A stretch of 64,000 bases of DNA from a bacterium (lineage in GTDB: Bacteria > J088 > JAWLBW01), in NCBI GenBank assembly GCA_041690355.1, contig JAWLHK010000025.1, positions 1 to 64,000 of the forward strand. The letters are read 5' to 3'. Below are positions 9,575-20,666 of this stretch, piece by piece. Made by a program: the position numbers and the translations under genes. The notes beneath the pieces are model-generated. The model worked only from the letters and a program-made list of their open reading frames with translations. It was not told the DNA's origin and searched no databases. How positions within the stretch are numbered: the stretch's first letter is position 1; the number at the start of each line of letters is the position of its first letter.

Positions 9575-11347
9575 CTAGACGCTCAATTCCTTCCCCGGTT
9601 CCCCCAGCTCATCCTCGGGCATGTGGATGTCGAGCGCATCCGTGCGCGTGCGGCTGATATTCGCGATGACGATGGCCGCCTCGACGATTAGCCAGGCCGC
9701 CAGCACGAGCAGCAGTCCGCCGATGGCGAACAGCGGCCACTCTGCTTTCGCGAAGAAGGTCTCCAGATTCTCGATCATGGCGAACAGCGTGGCTCCGAGC
9801 AGAAACACCATCGGCAGCCCCGCGACCCACCAAGCCTTGCGGCGCTGCAGCAGGTATACCGTAATCGCGAGCAGCGCCAGACCCGCCATGAGCTGATTCG
9901 TCGTGCCGAAAAGGCGCCACAGGGCGAGACCCGCCGACTTGCCGTCGATGCGGTAGAGGGCGAAGAAGCCGATGGCCCCCACGGCGGCGAGGCTCGACAG
10001 ATAGCGGTTCTTGAGGAAGTTGAGCTTGAACGTGTCGGCCATCTCTTCAATGTTGTAGCGCAGCAGGCGGGTCGCCGAGTCGAGCGACGTGAGTGCGTAG
10101 CTGACGACGATCAGGCTGATGAACGAAGCTCCGACATTGCGGGGAACGCCGGCGGATTCGAGGAAGCGGCTGCACCCTTCGATGAAGACGCCGATCTGCG
10201 CGGCGAGCCCCTGCACGGCGCCCCAGTTCGCGTAGCGCACCTGCCAGTCGCCGGTGTTGAGCAGGCCCGCCGTGGTCGCCAGTACCGCCATGAGTCCGAG
10301 CAGCGATTCGCCGATCATGCCGCCGTAGCCGACAACGCGCGCATCGGTTTCTCTGTCGATCTGCTTCGCCGTCGTACCGCTGGAGACGAGGCTGTGAAAT
10401 CCGCTCGCCGCCCCGCAGGCGACGACGATGAATACCAAGGGAATCAGGCTGGGCGCGCCTTCGGGATTCAGGCGCACCGCCGGCGCCACGAACTGCGGTT
10501 CGAGCAGGAAGAAGCCGACGTACAATCCCCCCAGGCCGAAGTAGAGCAGCAGGCTGTTCAGAAAGTCGCGCGGCTGCAGCAGGCTCCACACCGGCAGCAC
10601 CGACGCCAGAAACGCATAGAACAGGAGGATGTAGCTCCACCCCGGGATTCCGGGGGCGACGCCGTGCTGGTTGAGCCGGGTGGCCGTGACGAACGATTCG
10701 TTCTGGGCGAGCCCCACGGCGGCCAGGGTGAGCGCGAATCCGATGGGCGTCAGGATTTTCCACGACACCCCCTTCTTGAAGCCGAGCCAGCCCATGATGG
10801 CCGCAACAATCATCAGCGCCGAAGACGGGATGACGGCTTCGGGAAAGTGGATGGGCGCTTCGGCCGGGGTCGGCGCCGGGCTGAACAGCGAGGCGATCAC
10901 GTAGACGAAGACGCCCATGGCCAGGGCCACGAGAAAGAAGATGATCAGGTGGAAAAGGGTCTTGGCGCGCTTGCCGATGATTCCCTCGGCGAGAGCGCCG
11001 ATGCTTTTGCCCCGCGCGCGCACGCTGAGCACGATCGAGCCCATGTCGTGCACGCAGCCGACCAGCAACGCCCCCACGACGACCCATACCATCGCCGGCA
11101 GCCATCCCCAGATGACGGCGACCGCGGGGCCGAGCATCGGCGCGAGCCCCGCGATGGACGCATAGTGATGGCCGAAGAGAACCGACCGGCGGGTGGGGAC
11201 GTAATCGACCCCGTCGTGAAACCGGTGGGCAGGCGTCTTGAAATCCGCGCGAAGGCCGAAGACGCGCGTGGCCAGGTACCGGCTGTAGAAAAGGTAGCCG
11301 AGAATGTAGACGGCGATGGCGATCGCACCGGGAATGGCGGCGTTCAA
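9575..11347 (-). CDS. cstA: Carbon starvation protein A family transporter
   Basis: TPAH...DGVDYVP, FGHHYASIAG, ACGAASGFHSLVSSGTT, YGGM..ES, TSLDSATR, LFGTTNQL; many TM segments. Confidence 0.95.
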   Translation of the reverse strand: MNAAIPGAIAIAVYILGYLFYSRYLATRVFGLRADFKTPAHRFHDGVDYVPTRRSVLFGHHYASIAGLAPMLGPAVAVIWGWLPAMVWVVVGALLVGCVHDMGSIVLSVRARGKSIGALAEGIIGKRAKTLFHLIIFFLVALAMGVFVYVIASLFSPAPTPAEAPIHFPEAVIPSSALMIVAAIMGWLGFKKGVSWKILTPIGFALTLAAVGLAQNESFVTATRLNQHGVAPGIPGWSYILLFYAFLASVLPVWSLLQPRDFLNSLLLYFGLGGLYVGFFLLEPQFVAPAVRLNPEGAPSLIPLVFIVVACGAASGFHSLVSSGTTAKQIDRETDARVVGYGGMIGESLLGLMAVLATTAGLLNTGDWQVRYANWGAVQGLAAQIGVFIEGCSRFLESAGVPRNVGASFISLIVVSYALTSLDSATRLLRYNIEEMADTFKLNFLKNRYLSSLAAVGAIGFFALYRIDGKSAGLALWRLFGTTNQLMAGLALLAITVYLLQRRKAWWVAGLPMVFLLGATLFAMIENLETFFAKAEWPLFAIGGLLLVLAAWLIVEAAIVIANISRTRTDALDIHMPEDELGEPGKELSV

Positions 11348-11449
11348 GAGAACCTCCGGAAGGCGGGGGAAAGCTCAGATTCTACCCAATCGATCGCACG
11401 GGGGGCCAGCCGGGTCCTTCCGGCCAGGGTGTTCAGCGCCGGGGGAGGG

Positions 11450-11611
11450 TCAATCCTCGAACGTGCAGGATTCGCCGCGGCAGCACTCGTCGATGTTGAT
11501 GCGGCAATGTGAACACTGGCCATGTCCGTGCACCCAGACGATCGGGGCCGGCATGGCGCACCAGGGGCAGCGCCGGGCGTTTTCCGGGGCGAAGGGGTCC
11601 ATGGACGTCAT
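11450..11611 (-). CDS. Small Cys/His-rich (zinc-finger-like) protein, 53 aa, absent from the ORF track
   Basis: Translates as MTSMDPFAPENARRCPWCAMPAPIVWVHGHGQCSHCRINIDECCRGESCTFED; AGGA SD; host-like codons. Confidence 0.7.
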   Translation of the reverse strand: MTSMDPFAPENARRCPWCAMPAPIVWVHGHGQCSHCRINIDECCRGESCTFED

Positions 11612-11928
11612 TTTATCCTGATCGGTTGCCGGGAGCCCGGACAGCAGGCGCAGCCGGTCGCGCCCGTCCCCCGAAGAGGTTCAAGATGGTTTCCATGGGA
11701 TGGTTGGGACGTATCCGCGGGAAGATGGGAAGGAAGGTCAGGGCCGGTACCGGGGCCGAGGGTGCGCGCCAGCCCGCGCGTCCATATACGGGGCCTTCCT
11801 TTGCGCCGGGCGTCGGCCGTCCCCGCAATTCCGTCAAAGGTCCCCGGACGTGGGAAGAGGACAGGAAAACGGCGGTCAAGCAGGCTCAGGACGAAGCGCA
11901 AAGGCGACACCCCCGCGAGTAATCCCGC

Positions 11929-12330
11929 TCATCCAGGGCCGGTCGCCAGCCCGATGAGGCCGCCGATCAGGACCAGCGTCGTGATGATGCCGCCCGCCAC
12001 GAAGGCGATGACCGACAGCACGAGTCCGGCGACGGCCGACCGCCCGGCCCCTTCGCGTCGGCTGCGCGCTCCGGTCAGCATGCCGCCGAGGGCCACCAGC
12101 ACGCCCACGAACGGAATCCACCAGGTCACGGCCGCGACGATGCCGAGTACCAGCGACGCCGTGGCCATGCGCTGATCTCCTTTGGACGGGTGCAGGGGAC
12201 GGGTGCGATACGGCCCGATCTCTTCGGCCGGGATGCGCGGCGTCTGCCGGCCCGGTTCGAAATAACGTTCCCCGGGGGTCGGCGGCGACGGGGGGCGCTG
12301 CTCGGGCGCGCGGGGTTCAAGCTCGTCCAT
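11929..12330 (-). CDS. DUF4190-like membrane protein
   Basis: Pro-rich N-terminus, MA.ASLVLGI, AVAGLVLS.I; two TM regions. Confidence 0.7.
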   Translation of the reverse strand: MDELEPRAPEQRPPSPPTPGERYFEPGRQTPRIPAEEIGPYRTRPLHPSKGDQRMATASLVLGIVAAVTWWIPFVGVLVALGGMLTGARSRREGAGRSAVAGLVLSVIAFVAGGIITTLVLIGGLIGLATGPG

Positions 12331-12455
12331 GCGGGCTCCGTTTCGCTTCCCGCTTCCGCAGGGCGGAACCGGGCGCGAGGAGAAGGTTCTCCTTCAACCT
12401 TGCCACGTGCCCGATGTCCATCCGAGTGTGGCCCGCCGGGGGGCGGCCGCGCACG

Positions 12456-12486
12456 AAAAAAGCCCCTTCTGCTGTCGAAGGGGCTT
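12456..12486 (-). terminator. Rho-independent terminator after the enoyl-CoA hydratase gene
   Basis: Minus strand AAGCCCCTTC-loop-GAAGGGGCTTTTTT. Confidence 0.8.
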
Positions 12487-12515
12487 GAAGAGCGGGGGGG
12501 CCGTCAGGGTACGCG

Positions 12516-13298
12516 TCAACGCCCTTTCCACTCGGGCGGGCGTTTCTGGAAGAAGGCCATGACCCCTTCCATCGCATCCTCGGTCAGCATGTTCACGGTC
12601 AGCATGCCGTTGAGGTACTCCACCGCGTGGGCCAGATCCATGTCTTCCATCTGATAGAACGCCCGCCGCCCGAGCGCCATGATGATCGGGCTCTTCGACT
12701 TGAGCAGGTCGGTCATCTCCTGCACGGCCGCGTCGAGGCCGTCGCGGGGCACGAGACGATTCACGAGCCCCCAGTCGAAGGCTTCCTGCGGTTTGATCTT
12801 GCGGCCCGTCAGCAACAGATCAAGGGTGCGCTTGCGGCCCAGGTGGCGCTGGATGGTCGCGGCGATGACGTAGGGAAACAGGCCGATGTTGATCTCGGGC
12901 GTGCCGAAATCGACGTCGTCGCGGGCGATGACGAAGTCGCAGGCGAGCATGAGTCCGAAGCCGCCGGCCAGGGCGTGCCCGTTGACGCGAGCGACCATCG
13001 GCTTTCCGAGGGCGGCCGCCTCCTTGAAGAATTCCGCGAACTGACGGTTCAGCTGATACCGGTCGAGATATCCGAGCCCGCCCCCGCCGCCGCCCAGGTC
13101 GCCGCCGGCGCAGAAAGCCTTGTCGCCCGCTCCGGTCAGTACGATGACCCGCACGGCCTCGTCGCCATCGGCCTGCCGCAGGGCCTCGCGAAGTTCCGCA
13201 ACGACCTGCGGGCTGATGGCATTGCGGGCTTCGGGCCGGTTGATCGTGATCGTGGCGACGCCGTCGCGCACGTCGTAGAGAAGAACGGAAAAAGTCAT
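12516..13298 (-). CDS. Enoyl-CoA hydratase/isomerase (crotonase family)
   Basis: ITINRPE..NA, AFCAGGDL, VNGHALAGG, FGTPEI.IG, EG..AF.QKR.P.W.G. Confidence 0.95.
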   Translation of the reverse strand: MTFSVLLYDVRDGVATITINRPEARNAISPQVVAELREALRQADGDEAVRVIVLTGAGDKAFCAGGDLGGGGGGLGYLDRYQLNRQFAEFFKEAAALGKPMVARVNGHALAGGFGLMLACDFVIARDDVDFGTPEINIGLFPYVIAATIQRHLGRKRTLDLLLTGRKIKPQEAFDWGLVNRLVPRDGLDAAVQEMTDLLKSKSPIIMALGRRAFYQMEDMDLAHAVEYLNGMLTVNMLTEDAMEGVMAFFQKRPPEWKGR

Positions 13299-13344
13299 CG
13301 CGGATGAACTCCTGGCAGGGATGGAAAACAGAAGGCGGGGCGGC

Positions 13345-14049
13345 CTAGTCTGCCGCGGGCGTCTCGGACGGCGCTCCCGGGGCCGGCTTCTCCGAAGCCG
13401 CCGCTTCGCGCACGCGTTTCTCGACGCGTTCCTTCATGGAGCGGGCGACGAGAATGGCCGTCGACGTCTGGATGGCCACTTCCATGGACGGCTGTTGATT
13501 GATGAGGTAGCCGACCACGGCGCTCGTGCTCTTGATGTCGCTGACGAACGAGTAGAAGGCGACCGTGCGGCTGCCGCCGTCCACGGGCACGAGGTTCCAC
13601 TCCCCCTCGGTGTACTCCAGTTCGCCGGCGGTGCGGATCCAGGCGATGCGGTGCGGGGGGAAAAGCGTATAGCGCAAGGAGTACTCGATGCTCACGCCCA
13701 GCAGCGCGTTCAGCTTGACGCGGATGCCCAGATCGACGTCGACTTTGTCGCCTTCCTTCTTCACGACGTTCGACATCTCGGTCTGGGGAACGAATTCCCG
13801 GTACCGTGCGAAGTCGGTCATGACGTCCCAGACTGCCGCCGGTGGCGCATCGATGAGCACGCCGGCGGTAACCCAGGGGAGGCCCTTGGGCGCCTCTTCG
13901 ACCATGATGAGCGGGCCGTAGGTGCCCAGCGCGATCAGCGTCTTCTCATCCAGGTTCTGAACGGGCAGACGCGGCTTCTCGGCTGCGGCGGGAAGCGGGG
14001 GCAGCAACAGGACGGCTGCGGAAAGCAGGGCTGCGGCGAGTCGGCGCAT
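13345..14049 (-). CDS. Secreted SRPBCC/polyketide cyclase (START-fold) protein
   Basis: Signal peptide; IDAPP..VW.V..DF..Y.EF.P; G.W.L.P..G..T. Confidence 0.75.
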   Translation of the reverse strand: MRRLAAALLSAAVLLLPPLPAAAEKPRLPVQNLDEKTLIALGTYGPLIMVEEAPKGLPWVTAGVLIDAPPAAVWDVMTDFARYREFVPQTEMSNVVKKEGDKVDVDLGIRVKLNALLGVSIEYSLRYTLFPPHRIAWIRTAGELEYTEGEWNLVPVDGGSRTVAFYSFVSDIKSTSAVVGYLINQQPSMEVAIQTSTAILVARSMKERVEKRVREAAASEKPAPGAPSETPAAD

Positions 14050-14222
14050 CGGATCTCCGTGCGTAAAGGGAAGTCCGGATTATACCGGACACCGGGAACG
14101 CCCGGCAAACCGGCCGGCGGGCAGGCTCGGGCGACGAGTGGAATCGAGCCAACGTCTTGAAAAATCAAGAGAAGTGGATGTGGGTGGCCATTGCTCTGCC
14201 GGGCATCTAAAGAAATTAGTTA

Positions 14223-14251
14223 TTGACTTTAGTGAGCGCTCTTATTATGAT
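14223..14251 (+). promoter_or_regulatory. Sigma70-like promoter
   Basis: TTGACT-N17-TATGAT upstream of ATG 14351. Confidence 0.7.
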
Positions 14252-14350
14252 ATCGGCAATTTTTTTCGGGGGCTTCCTATTCGAAATGCCTTGCAGACGC
14301 TGCGCACCCGGCTCCGTGACGCAGCGAACCACTTAGTCAAGGGGAAGTCG

Positions 14351-15703
14351 ATGGCGCAGCGCAAAACAGCTTCGAGTCGGCCGGTAAAGAAAGCGGCCGG
14401 TGGCTCCAAAGCGAGTAAGACGAAAACGCCCGTTCGCAAGCCTGCGAACAAGGCCGTTTCGCGGAAGGCCGCCGCCAAGGCGCCCGCCCGCAAGGCGGCG
14501 AAGCCGGCAGTGCGCAAGTCCGCTGCCCAGGTGAAAAAGCCTGCCCCCAAGGCCGGGCCCGCTCCCCGGAAGTCAGGCAAGGCTCCGGCATCCCGGCCGT
14601 CCGTTCCGGCACGCAAGCCCGCGAAGGCTGCCAGGCCCGCGAAAGCCGCGAAGCCGGCGAAGGCTGTGAAGTCCGCGAAAGCTGCGAAGCCGGCCAAAGC
14701 TGCGAAGCCCGCGAAGTCGACGAAAGCCGCGAAGCCGAGGAAAGCTGTGAAGCCGACGAAGGCTGTGAAGCCGACGAAAGCTGTGAAGCCGACGAAGGCT
14801 GTGAAGCCGACGAAGGCTGTGAAGCCCGCGAAGGCTGCGAAGCCCGCGAAAGCTGTCAAACCGGCGAAAGCTGTGAAGTCTGCGAAGGCTGCGAAGGCTG
14901 CGATAACCGCGAAAACGTCGGCCAAAGGCTCCAAGGCATCTCAGCCATCCCGGCCGGTATCAGCCGCCCGCGCGGCGAAGGCTCCGGCCGCCAGGCCGAA
15001 AGCGCCGGCCAGGCCTGCCCCGGCTGCTTCGCGGCCGGGCTTCAGGGCGCCTGCCGCGAAAGCGGCTCCCCGGCGCCCCGCGGCGGGGACCATCGCCGAG
15101 ACCAATCAGCAGGTCTCCGACGTTTATCAGCGGTTCGGCCTCGACCTCTACTACGAGGAGCAGGGGGGGCCTTATCCGACGCCGCCGCCGAGCCGGCGCG
15201 AGGTTCTGCCGGTCGCCGTCGAGTGGAAGGAGCGCCTGCGGCCCGGCGAACTCTACCAGATCTTCCGCCGCTTCGTCGACGCCAACGAGATCGGCAGCCG
15301 CCTGGTTCCCACGCTGCGCGAAGGCGCCGCCTGCATCCTCGAGTTCGAGGGCGACCCGCAGATTTACAAGATCGTCAAGCTGCGCGGCCGGGCGCTGTTC
15401 GAGCCGGGCCGACCCGCCCGGGCCGAACTCTTCGTTCGCCTGAGCCGTATCGCCGTCGAGTCGCTGCTGCGCCTCGACGCGACATCGCCCACGGCCTATA
15501 TCGAGAAGTTTGCCGAGCTCCTGCGCGAGGCCGATCCCGACCAGGGCATCCAGCTCAAGCTGCTCTGCGGACAGGGCGAAGCCATGCGCAAGGGGTACCT
15601 GGGCATCGTCGCGGCCGGGGGCAAGCCGCTCGCCGACGCGCTGGTCGACCTGCAGTTCACGTTTCCGGCCGGCTTTCTGAAGCAGATGTCGGGGCGCCGC
15701 TGA
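14351..15703 (+). CDS. Histone H1-like Lys/Ala/Pro-repeat protein with a C-terminal globular (possibly SCP2-like) domain
   Basis: About 250 aa of AKAAKP/TKAVKP-rich sequence, then an ordered alpha/beta domain. AAGGGG SD precedes ATG 14351. Confidence 0.75.
   Translation: MAQRKTASSRPVKKAAGGSKASKTKTPVRKPANKAVSRKAAAKAPARKAAKPAVRKSAAQVKKPAPKAGPAPRKSGKAPASRPSVPARKPAKAARPAKAAKPAKAVKSAKAAKPAKAAKPAKSTKAAKPRKAVKPTKAVKPTKAVKPTKAVKPTKAVKPAKAAKPAKAVKPAKAVKSAKAAKAAITAKTSAKGSKASQPSRPVSAARAAKAPAARPKAPARPAPAASRPGFRAPAAKAAPRRPAAGTIAETNQQVSDVYQRFGLDLYYEEQGGPYPTPPPSRREVLPVAVEWKERLRPGELYQIFRRFVDANEIGSRLVPTLREGAACILEFEGDPQIYKIVKLRGRALFEPGRPARAELFVRLSRIAVESLLRLDATSPTAYIEKFAELLREADPDQGIQLKLLCGQGEAMRKGYLGIVAAGGKPLADALVDLQFTFPAGFLKQMSGRR
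14615..14902 (+). repeat. Coding 9/18-bp tandem repeat (AAG-CCG-ACG-AAG-GCT-GTG type)
   Basis: Repeated aagccgacgaaggctgtg units encoding KPTKAV/KPAKAA. Confidence 0.9.
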
Positions 15704-15789
15704 GTTTGCAAGGCGTTCCGTTTCAACGGCGGGTACTCCCACCATGCGCGCGCGAACTCCCTTATCATGGATAGAGAGCCGGCGGGTTC

Positions 15790-15818
15790 TTGACGGGTAG
15801 ACCCCTTCGGTGTACCCT
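15790..15818 (+). promoter_or_regulatory. Putative sigma70-like promoter
   Basis: TTGACG-N17-TACCCT. Confidence 0.5.
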
Positions 15819-15849
15819 ACCCTTTTTTAACCCACGCGCGGAGAGTTTC

Positions 15850-16167
15850 ATGAAAGCTATCGTTGCGGTTCTCGGTGTTCTTCTGACTGCCGGTGTGGCC
15901 CAGGCCCAGGATAATCCCGGTAAAGCCGTCTACACGAAGAACGGCTGCGTTGCCTGCCACGCCATCGGCGGCCAGGGGGGCAAGATCGGCCCGGCGCTCG
16001 ACAAGGTCGGCGCCAAGGGCAAGGATTACATCCGGGAGTCGATCGTGCAGCCCGACAAGGTCGTGACGCAGGGCTTTGCCGCGGGCATCATGCCCAAGAC
16101 CTTCGAGAAGACCATCAAGCCTGAAGACATGACCAAGCTCGTCGATTATCTGGCGACGCTGAAGTAA
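15850..16167 (+). CDS. Monoheme class I cytochrome c, secreted
   Basis: Signal peptide (AQA), CVACH heme motif, GP.L, distal Met in IMP. Confidence 0.93.
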   Translation: MKAIVAVLGVLLTAGVAQAQDNPGKAVYTKNGCVACHAIGGQGGKIGPALDKVGAKGKDYIRESIVQPDKVVTQGFAAGIMPKTFEKTIKPEDMTKLVDYLATLK

Positions 16168-16187
16168 GCGGTCAGGCACCGTTTTCG

Positions 16188-16224
16188 CCCCCTGTTCTCC
16201 CTGGAGAGCAGGGGGTTTTCTTTT
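16188..16224 (+). terminator. Rho-independent terminator
   Basis: CCCCTGTTCTC-loop-GAGAGCAGGGG followed by TTTTCTTTT. Confidence 0.75.
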
Positions 16225-16322
16225 GGGCGGGTCTCCCCGGATCCGGCCGCTGAGCGAGCGCACGACTTCCGGTGGCGCAGCCGAATCCCTGATAAGATAA
16301 TCAGTTTGCCGGAGGGGCGTGC

Positions 16323-19135
<2,813 letters not shown>

Positions 19136-19136
<1 letters not shown>

Positions 19137-19552
19137 TGCGCCGCCGGGTCGTCGTCGTCGCCGGCGCCTGTTTGGACGGCGATCGCATCCTGCTCGCGCG
19201 GCGGCCGGAGGGGAAACACCTGGCGGGGCTGTGGGAGTTTCCCGGCGGCAAGCTCGAGGCGGGCGAGAGCCCCGAAGCGGCCCTCGTCCGGGAATTCGAA
19301 GAGGAGCTCGGCGTGCGTGCCCGGATCGATTTGATTCTCGACGCCGTCCATTTCGCCTACGAAGAATTCGACCTGCTCATGCTGCTCTACGCCGTGGCCA
19401 TCGAAGGCGACCCGCGGCCCGTCGAGGTGGCGGCCGTCGAGTGGTTCTCCTTCGCCGACGCGCTCCGCCTTCCGGTGCCCCCGGCCGACGTTCCGCTGAT
19501 GCAGCGACTCCCCCGATACGCGACCCTTCTTCGCGGTTCGGGTATCCTGTAA
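19136..19552 (+). CDS. mutT: MutT/NudG-like NUDIX (d)NTP pyrophosphohydrolase
   Basis: WEFPGGKLEAGESPEAALVREFEEELG Nudix box; C-terminal PAD; ATG overlaps the uvrA stop (TGATG). Confidence 0.85.
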
Positions 19553-19555
19553 GGG

Positions 19556-20590
19556 ATGCCTGCCGACCGTCTTCGCGCTCCCCTCCCATTCCGCCTGCGT
19601 TACCGGGCCTTCGCCGGGCGACTGCGCGAGTGGCTGCGCCCGCCCCGCGAGCTCAAGTTCACCCGCTTCGGCTGGTTCTACCTGGTCGTGACCCTCGGGG
19701 TCGGCGTCGCGGCCATCAACACCGAAAACAACCTCATGTACCTGTCGCTCGGGCTGCTGCTCGGCCTGATTGCGGCCAGCGGCATGCTTTCTGAAATGGC
19801 CCTGCGCGATGTCGACGTGGGCACCCGTCATCCGCCCGACCCCGTCGCCGGCACCCCCTTTCTGTACGAGATGTTCGTGCGCAACGAAAAGCGCCGGCTC
19901 CCCTCGTTTGCCGTGACGGTCGAAGAGCTGGCCGACGACGGGGCGGTGCTCGGCGCCGGCTTCTGCTTTCGCGTCGCCGCCGGCGGCTCGGTCTCGCTCG
20001 CGGTCAAGGGGCTCTGGCCCCGGCGCGGCCGGGTCAGCGTGCGCCGCATCCGGGTTTCGACGCGGTTTCCCTTCGGTCTCTTCGAGAAGGCCCGCTACCT
20101 CAGCCGTCCCGGCGAAATCATCGTGCTGCCGGGGGCCCGTACCGGCGGCGGCGAAGCGCTCGCACCCCATCCGCGCGAGGGAGAGCACGCGTCGGGCCGC
20201 GAAGGCCTGGGCGGCGAACTGTTCGCCATTCGTCCCTGGCAGTCGACCGACGGCATCCGCCGTATCCATTGGCGCAAGAGCGCCGGCGGGAGCGGCCTGC
20301 AGAGCAAGCTTTTCGAGCGCGAAGAGCGTCCTCGCACGGTGCTGGCCCTGGTTCCGGGCGGGACGCTGGATATCGAGACGGCCGTGGCCTCTGCCGTCGG
20401 CTGGCTCGGTGAGGCCGAGCGCAACGGCTTTGACGTGGGCCTCGTTGCCGGAGAGCGTATCGAACCGGCACCCGGCGACGCGCACCGCCTGCGCATGCTG
20501 CGGGCGCTGGCTCTTTTTGAGGGGGGCCCCCGCCCGCGGCTGCAGGGAGACGAAGTCGTGCTTTCCTATGCGGCCCGCTCCGCGCGTTGA
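19556..20590 (+). CDS. DUF58 family protein
   Basis: N-terminal TM pair with AAINT.NN, STRFPFGLF, R.W...D..R.IHW..SA. Confidence 0.85.
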   Translation: MPADRLRAPLPFRLRYRAFAGRLREWLRPPRELKFTRFGWFYLVVTLGVGVAAINTENNLMYLSLGLLLGLIAASGMLSEMALRDVDVGTRHPPDPVAGTPFLYEMFVRNEKRRLPSFAVTVEELADDGAVLGAGFCFRVAAGGSVSLAVKGLWPRRGRVSVRRIRVSTRFPFGLFEKARYLSRPGEIIVLPGARTGGGEALAPHPREGEHASGREGLGGELFAIRPWQSTDGIRRIHWRKSAGGSGLQSKLFEREERPRTVLALVPGGTLDIETAVASAVGWLGEAERNGFDVGLVAGERIEPAPGDAHRLRMLRALALFEGGPRPRLQGDEVVLSYAARSAR

Positions 20591-20666
20591 ATTGCCGCCT
20601 ACCCTTGGGTAAACTGTGTGGTCAATGCCCGGGGCGTGACCCGCCGGTTCGTGCCGTAGAGGTACC

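Noticed and set aside
11686-11922. Basic plus-strand ORF (MVSMGWLGRIRG...)
   Set aside because: Low complexity, no clear SD or motif; may be real but is unsupported.
14245-14934. Hydrophobic AFAGF-repeat ORF on the minus strand
   Set aside because: Antisense reading of the Lys/Ala/Pro repeat gene, which has the promoter and SD.
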